Shown one piece after another: positions 41,842 to 54,448 of a DNA stretch of 64,000 nucleotides. This DNA comes from Eledone cirrhosa (lineage: Eukaryota), in assembly GCA_964016885.1 (NCBI GenBank), contig OZ024742.1, forward strand, positions 12,710,001-12,774,000, given 5' to 3'. Under the pieces are notes generated by a model, which searched no databases, was not told the DNA's origin, and saw nothing but the letters and a program-made list of their open reading frames with translations. Numbering within the stretch: the stretch's first letter is position 1; the number at the start of each line of letters is the position of its first letter. The position numbers and the translations under genes are program-made.

Positions 41842-44800
41842 GCCTCATGTTTGCCATGCCTGATATAGATTATATCTAAACAGCAAGCCTTGTAAAGGGC
41901 CTCATGTTTGCCATGCCTGATATAGATTATATCTAAACAGCAGGCAAGCCTTGTAAAGAGCCTCATGTTTGCCATGCCTGATATAGATTATATTTAAACA
42001 GCAGGCAAGCCTTGTAAAGAGCCTCATGTTTGCCATGCCTGATATAGATTATATTTAAACAGCAGGCAAGCCTTGTAAAGAGCCTCATGTTTGCCATGCC
42101 TGATATAGATTATATCTAAACAGCAGGCAAGCCTTGTAAAGGGCCTCATGTTTGCCATGCCTGATATAGATTATATCTAAACAGCAGGCAAGCCTTGTAA
42201 AGGGCCTCATGTTTGCCATGCCTGATATAGATTATATCTAAACAGCAAGCCTTTAAAGGGCCTCATGTTTGCCATGCCTGATATAGATTACATCTAAACA
42301 GCAGGCAAGCCTTGTAAAGAGCCTCATGTTTGCCATGCCTGATATAGATTATATCTAAACAGCAAGCCTTGTAAAGGGCCTTATGTTTGCCATGTCTGAT
42401 ATAGATTACATCTAAACAGCAGGCAAGCCTTGTAAAGGGCCTCATGTTTGCCATGCCTGATATAGATTATATCTAAACAGCAGGCAAGCCTTGTAAAGGG
42501 CCTCATGTTTGCCATGCCTGATATAGATTATATCTAAACAGCAGGCAAGCCTTGTAAAGGGCCTCATGTTTGCCATGCCTGATATAGATTATATCTAAAC
42601 AGCAGGCAAACATTGTAAAGGGCCTCATGTTTGCCATGCCTGATATAGATTACATCTAAACAGCAGGCAAGCCTTCTAAAGGGCCTTTTGTTTGCCATGC
42701 CTGATATAGATTACATCTAAACAGCAGGCAAGCCTTGTAAAGAGCCTCATGTTTGCCATGCCTGATATAGATTATATCTAAACAGCAGGCAAGCCTTGTA
42801 AAGGGCCTCATGTTTGCCATGCCTGATATAGATTATATCTAAACAGCAGGCAAGCCTTGTAAAGAGCCTCATGTTTGCCATGCCTGATATAGATTATATC
42901 TAAACAGCAGGCAAGCCTTGTAAAGGGCCTCATGTTTGCCATGCCTTATATAGATTATATCTAAACAGCAAGCCTTGTAAAGGGCCTCATGTTTGCCATG
43001 CCTGATATAGATTACATCTAAACAGCAGGCAAGCCTTGTAAAGAGCCTCATGTTTGCCATGCCTGATATAGATTATATCTAAACAGCAAGCCTTGTAAAG
43101 GGCCTCATGTTTGCCATGCCTGATATAGATTATATCTAAACAGCAAGCCTTGTAAAGGGCCTCATGTTTGCCATGCCTGATATAGATTATATCTAAACAG
43201 CAAGCCTTGTAAAGGGCCTCATGTTTTCCATGCCTGATATAGATTATATCTAAACAGCAGGCAAGCCTTGTAAAGGGCCTCATGTTTGCCATGCCTGATA
43301 TAGATTATATCTAAACAGCAAGCCATGTAAACGGCCTCATGTTTGCCATGCCTGATATAGATCATATCTAAACAGCAAGCCTTGTAAAGAGCCTCATGTT
43401 TGCCATGCCTGATATAGATTATATCTAAACAGCAGGCAAGCCTTGTAAAGGGCCTCATGTTTGCCATGCCTGATATAGATTATATCTAAACAACAAGCCT
43501 TGTAAAGAGCCTCATGTTTGCCATGCCTGATATAGATTATATCTAAACAGCAAGCCTTGTAAAGGGCCTCATGTTTGCCATGCCTGATATAGATTATATC
43601 TAAACAGCAAGCCTTGTAAAGAGCCTCATGTTTGCCATGCCTGATATAGATTATATCTAAACAGCAAGCCTTGTAAAGGGCCTCATGTTTGCCATGCCTG
43701 ATATAGATTATATCTAAACAGCAAGCCTTGTAAAGAGCCTCATGTTTGCCATGCCTGATATAGATTATATCTAAACAGCAAGCCTTGTAAGGGGCCTCAT
43801 GTTTGCCATGCCTCATATAGATTATATCTAAACAGCAAGCCTTGTAAAGAGCCTCATGTTTGCCATGCCTGATATAGATTATATCTAAACAGCAAGCCTT
43901 ATAAAGGGCCTCATGTTTGCCATGCCTGATATAGATTATATCTAAACAGCAAGCCTTGTAAAGGGCCTCATGTTTGCCATGCCTGATATAGATTATATCT
44001 AAACAGCAAGCCTTGTAAAGGGCCTCATGTTTGCCATGCCTGATATAGATTATATCTAAACAGCAAGCCTTGTAAAGAGCCTCATGTTTGCCATGCCTTA
44101 TATAGATTATATCTAAACAGCAAGCCTTGTAAAGGGCCTCATGTTTGCCATGCCTGATATAGTTTATATCTAAACAGCAAGCCTTGTAAAGAGCCTCATG
44201 TTTGCCATGCCTGATATAGATTATATCTAAACAGCAAGCCTTTTAAAGGGCCTCATGTTTGCCATGCCTGATATAGATTATATCTAAACAGCAAGTCTTG
44301 TAAAGGGCCTCATGTTTGCCATGCCTGATATAGATTATATCTAAACAGCAGGCAAGCCTTGTAAAGGGCCTCATGTTTGCCATGCCTGATATAGATTACA
44401 TCTAAACAGCAGGCAAGCCTTGTAAAGAGCCTCATGTTTGCCATGCCTGATATAGATTATATCTAAACAGCAAGCCTTGTAAAGGGCCTCATGTTTGCCA
44501 TGCCTGATATAGATTATATCTAAACAGCAAGCCTTGTAAAGGGCCTCATGTTTGCCATGCCTGATATAGATTATATCTAAACAGCAAGCCTTGTAAAGGG
44601 CCTCATGTTTGCCATGCCTGATATAGATTATATCTAAACGGCAGGCAAGCCTTGTAAAGGGCCTCATGTTTGCCATGCCTGATATAGATTATATCTAAAC
44701 AGCAAGCCATGTAAACGGCCTCATGTTTGCCATGCCTGATATAGATCATATCTAAACAGCAAGCCTTGTAAAGAGCCTCATGTTTGCCATGCCTGATATA

Positions 44801-47800
44801 GATTATATCTAAACAGCAGGCAAGCCTTGTAAAGGGCCTCATGTTTGCCATGCCTGATATAGATTATATCTAAACAACAAGCCTTGTAAAGAGCCTCATG
44901 TTTGCCATGCCTGATATAGATTATATCTAAACAGCAAGCCTTGTAAAGGGCCTCATGTTTGCCATGCCTGATATAGATTATATCTAAACAGCAAGCCTTG
45001 TAAAGAGCCTCATGTTTGCCATGCCTGATATAGATTATATCTAAACAGCAAGCCTTGTAAAGGGCCTCATGTTTGCCATGCCTGATATAGATTATATCTA
45101 AACAGCAAGCCTTGTAAAGAGCCTCATGTTTGCCATGCCTGATATAGATTATATCTAAACAGCAAGCCTTGTAAAGGGCCTCATGTTTGCCATGCCTCAT
45201 ATAGATTATATCTAAACAGCAAGCCTTGTAAAGAGCCTCATGTTTGCCATGCCTGATATAGATTATATCTAAACAGCAAGCCTTGTAAAGGGCCTCATGT
45301 TTGCCATGCCTGATATAGATTATATCTAAACAGCAAGCCTTGTAAAGGGCCTCATGTTTGCCATGCCTGATATAGATTATATCTAAACAGCAAGCCTTGT
45401 AAAGGGCCTCATGTTTGCCATGCCTGATATAGATTATATCTAAACAGCAAGCCTTGTAAAGAGCCTCATGTTTGCCATGCCTGATATAGATTATATCTAA
45501 ACAGCAAGCCTTGTAAAGGGCCTTCATGTTTGCCATGCCTGATATAGATTATATCTAAACAGCAGGCAAGCCTTGTAAAGGGCCTCATGTTTGCCATGCC
45601 TGATATAGATTATATATAAACAGCAAGCCTTGTAAAGGGCCTCATGTTTGCCATGCCTGATATAGATTATATCTAAACAGCAAGCCTTGTAAAGAGCCTC
45701 ATGTTTGCCATGCCTGATATAGATTACATCTAAACAGCAGGCAAGCCTTGTAAAGAGTCTTATGTTTGCCATGCCTGATATAGATTATATCTAAACAGCA
45801 AGCCTTGTAAAGAGCCTCATGTTTGCCATGCCTGATATAGATTATATCTAAACAGCAGGCAAGCCTTGTAAAGGGCCTCATGTTTGCCATGCCTGATATA
45901 GATTATATCTAAACAACAAGCCTTGTAAAGAGCCTCATGTTTGCCATGCCTGATATAGATTATATCTAAACAGCAAGCCTTGTAAAGGGCCTCATGTTTG
46001 CCATGCCTGATATAGATTATATCTAAACAGCAGGCAAGCCTTGTAAAGGGCCTCATGTTTGCCATGCCTGATATAGATTATATCTAAACAACAAGCCTTG
46101 TAAAGAGCCTCATGTTTGCCATGCCTGATATAGATTATATCTAAACAGCAAGCCTTGTAAAGGGCCTCATGTTTGCCATGCCTGATATAGATTATATCTA
46201 AACAGCAAGCCTTGTAAAGAGCCTCATGTTTGCCATGCCTGATATAGATTATATCTAAACAGCAAGCCTTGTAAAGGGCCTCATGTTTGCCATGCCTGAT
46301 ATAGATTATATCTAAACAGCAAGCCTTGTAAAGAGCCTCATGTTTGCCATGCCTGATATAGATTATATCTAAACAGCAAGCCTTGTAAAGGGCCTCATGT
46401 TTGCCATGCCTCATATAGATTATATCTAAACAGCAAGCCTTGTAAAGAGCCTCATGTTTGCCATGCCTGATATAGATTATATCTAAACAGCAAGCCTTGT
46501 AAAGGGCCTCATGTTTGCCATGCCTGATATAGATTATATCTAAACAGCAAGCCTTGTAAAGGGCCTCATGTTTGCCATGCCTGATATAGATTATATCTAA
46601 ACAGCAAGCCTTGTAAAGGGCCTCATGTTTGCCATGCCTGATATAGATTATATCTAAACAGCAAGCCTTGTAAAGAGCCTCATGTTTGCCATGCCTGATA
46701 TAGATTATATCTAAACAGCAAGCCTTGTAAGGGGCCTCATGTTTGCCATGCCTGATATAGATTATATCTAAACAGCAAGCCTTGTAAAGAGCCTCATGTT
46801 TGCCATGCCTGATATAGATTATATCTAAACAGCAAGCCTTGTAAAGGGCCTCATGTTTGCCATGCCTCATATAGATTATATCTAAACAGCAAGCCTTGTA
46901 AAGAGCCTCATGTTTGCCATGCCTGATATAGATTATATCTAAACAGCAAGCCTTGTAAAGGGCCTCATGTTTGCCATGCCTGATATAGATTATATCTAAA
47001 CAGCAAGCCTTGTAAAGGGCCTCATGTTTGCCATGCCTGATATAGATTATATCTAAACAGCAAGCCTTGTAAAGGGCCTCATGTTTGCCATGCCTGATAT
47101 AGATTATATCTAAACAGCAAGCCTTGTAAAGAGCCTCATGTTTGCCATGCCTTATATAGATTATATCTAAACAGCAAGCCTTGTAAAGGGCCTCATGTTT
47201 GCCATGCCTGATATAGTTTATATCTAAACAGCAAGCCTTGTAAAGAGCCTCATGTTTGCCATGCCTGATATAGATTATATCTAAACAGCAAGCCTTTTAA
47301 AGGGCCTCATGTTTGCCATGCCTGATATAGATTATATCTAAACAGCAAGTCTTGTAAAGGGCCTCATGTTTGCCATGCCTGATATAGATTATATCTAAAC
47401 AGCAGGCAAGCCTTGTAAAGGGCCTCATGTTTGCCATGCCTGATATAGATTACATCTAAACAGCAGGCAAGCCTTGTAAAGAGCCTCATGTTTGCCATGC
47501 CTGATATAGATTATATCTAAACAGCAAGCCTTGTAAAGGGCCTCATGTTTGCCATGCCTGATATAGATTATATCTAAACAGCAAGCCTTGTAAAGGGCCT
47601 CATGTTTGCCATGCCTGATATAGATTATATCTAAACAGCAAGCCTTGTAAAGGGCCTCATGTTTGCCATGCCTGATATAGATTATATCTAAACGGCAGGC
47701 AAGCCTTGTAAAGGGCCTCATGTTTGCCATGCCTGATATAGATTATATCTAAACAGCAAGCCATGTAAACGGCCTCATGTTTGCCATGCCTGATATAGAT

Positions 47801-50800
47801 CATATCTAAACAGCAAGCCTTGTAAAGAGCCTCATGTTTGCCATGCCTGATATAGATTATATCTAAACAGCAGGCAAGCCTTGTAAAGGGCCTCATGTTT
47901 GCCATGCCTGATATAGATTATATCTAAACAACAAGCCTTGTAAAGAGCCTCATGTTTGCCATGCCTGATATAGATTATATCTAAACAGCAAGCCTTGTAA
48001 AGGGCCTCATGTTTGCCATGCCTGATATAGATTATATCTAAACAGCAAGCCTTGTAAAGAGCCTCATGTTTGCCATGCCTGATATAGATTATATCTAAAC
48101 AGCAAGCCTTGTAAAGGGCCTCATGTTTGCCATGCCTGATATAGATTATATCTAAACAGCAAGCCTTGTAAAGGGCCTCATGTTTGCCATGCCTGATATA
48201 GATTATATCTAAACAGCAGGCAAGCCTTGTAAAGAGCCTCATGTTTGCCATGCCTGATATAGATTATATTTAAACAGCAGGCAAGCCTTGTAAAGAGCCT
48301 CATGTTTGCCATGCCTGATATAGATTATATTTAAACAGCAGGCAAGCCTTGTAAAGAGCCTCATGTTTGCCATGCCTGATATAGATTATATCTAAACAGC
48401 AGGCAAGCCTTGTAAAGGGCCTCATGTTTGCCATGCCTGATATAGATTATATCTAAACAGCAGGCAAGCCTTGTAAAGGGCCTCATGTTTGCCATGCCTG
48501 ATATAGATTATATCTAAACAGCAAGCCTTTAAAGGGCCTCATGTTTGCCATGCCTGATATAGATTACATCTAAACAGCAGGCAAGCCTTGTAAAGAGCCT
48601 CATGTTTGCCATGCCTGATATAGATTATATCTAAACAGCAAGCCTTGTAAAGGGCCTTATGTTTGCCATGTCTGATATAGATTACATCTAAACAGCAGGC
48701 AAGCCTTGTAAAGGGCCTCATGTTTGCCATGCCTGATATAGATTATATCTAAACAGCAGGCAAGCCTTGTAAAGGGCCTCATGTTTGCCATGCCTGATAT
48801 AGATTATATCTAAACAGCAGGCAAGCCTTGTAAAGGGCCTCATGTTTGCCATGCCTGATATAGATTATATCTAAACAGCATGCAAACATTGTAAAGGGCC
48901 TCATGTTTGCCATGCCTGATATAGATTACATCTAAACAGCAGGCAAGCCTTCTAAAGGGCCTTTTGTTTGCCATGCCTGATATAGATTACATCTAAACAG
49001 CAGGCAAGCCTTGTAAAGAGCCTCATGTTTGCCATGCCTGATATAGATTATATCTAAACAGCAGGCAAGCCTTGTAAAGGGCCTCATGTTTGCCATGCCT
49101 GATATAGATTATATCTAAACAGCAGGCAAGCCTTGTAAAGAGCCTCATGTTTGCCATGCCTGATATAGATTATATCTAAACAGCAGGCAAGCCTTGTAAA
49201 GGGCCTCATGTTTGCCATGCCTTATATAGATTATATCTAAACAGCAAGCCTTGTAAAGGGCCTCATGTTTGCCATGCCTGATATAGATTACATCTAAACA
49301 GCAGGCAAGCCTTGTAAAGAGCCTCATGTTTGCCATGCCTGATATAGATTATATCTAAACAGCAAGCCTTGTAAAGGGCCTCATGTTTGCCATGCCTGAT
49401 ATAGATTATATCTAAACAGCAAGCCTTGTAAAGGGCCTCATGTTTGCCATGCCTGATATAGATTATATCTAAACAGCAAGCCTTGTAAAGGGCCTCATGT
49501 TTGCCATGCCTGATATAGATTATATCTAAACAGCAGGCAAGCCTTGTAAAGGGCCTCATGTTTGCCATGCCTGATATAGATTATATCTAAACAGCAAGCC
49601 ATGTAAACGGCCTCATGTTTGCCATGCCTGATATAGATCATATCTAAACAGCAAGCCTTGTAAAGAGCCTCATGTTTGCCATGCCTGATATAGATTATAT
49701 CTAAACAGCAGGCAAGCCTTGTAAAGGGCCTCATGTTTGCCATGCCTGATATAGATTATATCTAAACAACAAGCCTTGTAAAGAGCCTCATGTTTGCCAT
49801 GCCTGATATAGATTATATCTAAACAGCAAGCCTTGTAAAGGGCCTCATGTTTGCCATGCCTGATATAGATTATATCTAAACAGCAAGCCTTGTAAAGAGC
49901 CTCATGTTTGCCATGCCTGATATAGATTATATCTAAACAGCAAGCCTTGTAAAGGGCCTCATGTTTGCCATGCCTGATATAGATTATATCTAAACAGCAA
50001 GCCTTGTAAAGAGCCTCATGTTTGCCATGCCTGATATAGATTATATCTAAACAGCAAGCCTTGTAAAGGGCCTCATGTTTGCCATGCCTCATATAGATTA
50101 TATCTAAACAGCAAGCCTTGTAAAGAGCCTCATGTTTGCCATGCCTGATATAGATTATATCTAAACAGCAAGCCTTGTAAAGGGCCTCATGTTTGCCATG
50201 CCTGATATAGATTATATCTAAACAGCAAGCCTTGTAAAGGGCCTCATGTTTGCCATGCCTGATATAGATTATATCTAAACAGCAAGCCTTGTAAAGGGCC
50301 TCATGTTTGCCATGCCTGATATAGATTATATCTAAACAGCAAGCCTTGTAAAGAGCCTCATGTTTGCCATGCCTTATATAGATTATATCTAAACAGCAAG
50401 CCTTGTAAAGGGCCTCATGTTTGCCATGCCTGATATAGTTTATATCTAAACAGCAAGCCTTGTAAAGAGCCTCATGTTTGCCATGCCTGATATAGATTAT
50501 ATCTAAACAGCAAGCCTTTTAAAGGGCCTCATGTTTGCCATGCCTGATATAGATTATATCTAAACAGCAAGTCTTGTAAAGGGCCTCATGTTTGCCATGC
50601 CTGATATAGATTATATCTAAACAGCAGGCAAGCCTTGTAAAGGGCCTCATGTTTGCCATGCCTGATATAGATTACATCTAAACAGCAGGCAAGCCTTGTA
50701 AAGAGCCTCATGTTTGCCATGCCTGATATAGATTATATCTAAACAGCAAGCCTTGTAAAGGGCCTCATGTTTGCCATGCCTGATATAGATTATATCTAAA

Positions 50801-53800
50801 CAGCAAGCCTTGTAAAGGGCCTCATGTTTGCCATGCCTGATATAGATTATATCTAAACAGCAAGCCTTGTAAAGGGCCTCATGTTTGCCATGCCTGATAT
50901 AGATTATATCTAAACGGCAGGCAAGCCTTGTAAAGGGCCTCATGTTTGCCATGCCTGATATAGATTATATCTAAACAGCAAGCCATGTAAACGGCCTCAT
51001 GTTTGCCATGCCTGATATAGATCATATCTAAACAGCAAGCCTTGTAAAGAGCCTCATGTTTGCCATGCCTGATATAGATTATATCTAAACAGCAGGCAAG
51101 CCTTGTAAAGGGCCTCATGTTTGCCATGCCTGATATAGATTATATCTAAACAACAAGCCTTGTAAAGAGCCTCATGTTTGCCATGCCTGATATAGATTAT
51201 ATCTAAACAGCAAGCCTTGTAAAGGGCCTCATGTTTGCCATGCCTGATATAGATTATATCTAAACAGCAAGCCTTGTAAAGAGCCTCATGTTTGCCATGC
51301 CTGATATAGATTATATCTAAACAGCAAGCCTTGTAAAGGGCCTCATGTTTGCCATGCCTGATATAGATTATATCTAAACAGCAAGCCTTGTAAAGAGCCT
51401 CATGTTTGCCATGCCTGATATAGATTATATCTAAACAGCAAGCCTTGTAAAGGGCCTCATGTTTGCCATGCCTCATATAGATTATATCTAAACAGCAAGC
51501 CTTGTAAAGAGCCTCATGTTTGCCATGCCTGATATAGATTATATCTAAACAGCAAGCCTTGTAAAGGGCCTCATGTTTGCCATGCCTGATATAGATTATA
51601 TCTAAACAGCAAGCCTTGTAAAGGGCCTCATGTTTGCCATGCCTGATATAGATTATATCTAAACAGCAAGCCTTGTAAAGGGCCTCATGTTTGCCATGCC
51701 TGATATAGATTATATCTAAACAGCAAGCCTTGTAAAGAGCCTCATGTTTGCCATGCCTGATATAGATTATATCTAAACAGCAAGCCTTGTAAAGGGCCTT
51801 ATGTTTGCCATGCCTGATATAGATTATATCTAAACAGCAGGCAAGCCTTGTAAAGGGCCTCATGTTTGCCATGCCTGATATAGATTATATATAAACAGCA
51901 AGCCTTGTAAAGGGCCTCATGTTTGCCATGCCTGATATAGATTATATCTAAACAGCAAGCCTTGTAAAGAGCCTCATGTTTGCCATGCCTGATATAGATT
52001 ACATCTAAACAGCAGGCAAGCCTTGTAAAGAGTCTTATGTTTGCCATGCCTGATATAGATTATATCTAAACAGCAAGCCTTGTAAAGAGCCTCATGTTTG
52101 CCATGCCTGATATAGATTATATCTAAACAGCAGGCAAGCCTTGTAAAGGGCCTCATGTTTGCCATGCCTGATATAGATTATATCTAAACAACAAGCCTTG
52201 TAAAGAGCCTCATGTTTGCCATGCCTGATATAGATTATATCTAAACAGCAAGCCTTGTAAAGGGCCTCATGTTTGCCATGCCTGATATAGATTATATCTA
52301 AACAGCAGGCAAGCCTTGTAAAGGGCCTCATGTTTGCCATGCCTGATATAGATTATATCTAAACAACAAGCCTTGTAAAGAGCCTCATGTTTGCCATGCC
52401 TGATATAGATTATATCTAAACAGCAAGCCTTGTAAAGGGCCTCATGTTTGCCATGCCTGATATAGATTATATCTAAACAGCAAGCCTTGTAAAGAGCCTC
52501 ATGTTTGCCATGCCTGATATAGATTATATCTAAACAGCAAGCCTTGTAAAGGGCCTCATGTTTGCCATGCCTGATATAGATTATATCTAAACAGCAAGCC
52601 TTGTAAAGAGCCTCATGTTTGCCATGCCTGATATAGATTATATCTAAACAGCAAGCCTTGTAAAGGGCCTCATGTTTGCCATGCCTGATATAGATTATAT
52701 CTAAACAGCAAGCCTTGTAAAGAGCCTCATGTTTGCCATGCCTGATATAGATTATATCTAAACAGCAAGCCTTGTAAAGGGCCTCATGTTTGCCATGCCT
52801 GATATAGATTATATCTAAACAGCAAGCCTTGTAAAGGGCCTCATGTTTGCCATGCCTGATATAGATTATATCTAAACAGCAAGCCTTGTAAAGGGCCTCA
52901 TGTTTGCCATGCCTGATATAGATTATATCTAAACAGCAAGCCTTGTAAAGAGCCTCATGTTTGCCATGCCTGATATAGATTATATCTAAACAGCAAGCCT
53001 TGTAAAGGGCCTCATGTTTGCCATGCCTGATATAGATTATATCTAAACAGCAAGCCTTGTAAAGAGCCTCATGTTTGCCATGCCTGATATAGATTATATC
53101 TAAACAGCAAGCCTTGTAAAGGGCCTCATGTTTGCCATGCCTCATATAGATTATATCTAAACAGCAAGCCTTGTAAAGAGCCTCATGTTTGCCATGCCTG
53201 ATATAGATTATATCTAAACAGCAAGCCTTGTAAAGGGCCTCATGTTTGCCATGCCTGATATAGATTATATCTAAACAGCAAGCCTTGTAAAGGGCCTCAT
53301 GTTTGCCATGCCTGATATAGATTATATCTAAACAGCAAGCCTTGTAAAGGGCCTCATGTTTGCCATGCCTGATATAGATTATATCTAAACAGCAAGCCTT
53401 GTAAAGAGCCTCATGTTTGCCATGCCTTATATAGATTATATCTAAACAGCAAGCCTTGTAAAGGGCCTCATGTTTGCCATGCCTGATATAGTTTATATCT
53501 AAACAGCAAGCCTTGTAAAGAGCCTCATGTTTGCCATGCCTGATATAGATTATATCTAAACAGCAAGCCTTTTAAAGGGCCTCATGTTTGCCATGCCTGA
53601 TATAGATTATATCTAAACAGCAAGTCTTGTAAAGGGCCTCATGTTTGCCATGCCTGATATAGATTATATCTAAACAGCAGGCAAGCCTTGTAAAGGGCCT
53701 CATGTTTGCCATGCCTGATATAGATTACATCTAAACAGCAGGCAAGCCTTGTAAAGAGCCTCATGTTTGCCATGCCTGATATAGATTATATCTAAACAGC

Positions 53801-54448
53801 AAGCCTTGTAAAGGGCCTCATGTTTGCCATGCCTGATATAGATTATATCTAAACAGCAAGCCTTGTAAAGGGCCTCATGTTTGCCATGCCTGATATAGAT
53901 TATATCTAAACAGCAAGCCTTGTAAAGGGCCTCATGTTTGCCATGCCTGATATAGATTATATCTAAACGGCAGGCAAGCCTTGTAAAGGGCCTCATGTTT
54001 GCCATGCCTGATATAGATTATATCTAAACAGCAAGCCATGTAAACGGCCTCATGTTTGCCATGCCTGATATAGATCATATCTAAACAGCAAGCCTTGTAA
54101 AGAGCCTCATGTTTGCCATGCCTGATATAGATTATATCTAAACAGCAGGCAAGCCTTGTAAAGGGCCTCATGTTTGCCATGCCTGATATAGATTATATCT
54201 AAACAACAAGCCTTGTAAAGAGCCTCATGTTTGCCATGCCTGATATAGATTATATCTAAACAGCAAGCCTTGTAAAGGGCCTCATGTTTGCCATGCCTGA
54301 TATAGATTATATCTAAACAGCAAGCCTTGTAAAGAGCCTCATGTTTGCCATGCCTGATATAGATTATATCTAAACAGCAAGCCTTGTAAAGGGCCTCATG
54401 TTTGCCATGCCTGATATAGATTATATCTAAACAGCAAGCCTTGTAAAG
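41842..54448. repeat. Tandem duplication of a 6275/6276-bp block (~108 monomers), junction near 48118-48173
   Basis: ORF offsets are +6276 (42263/48539 through 44778/51054) and then +6275 (45524/51799 through 47832/54107), with the shift at a 1-bp insertion near 45524. The deletion AAGCCTTTAAAGG is shared at ~42252 and ~48528. Confidence 0.9.
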
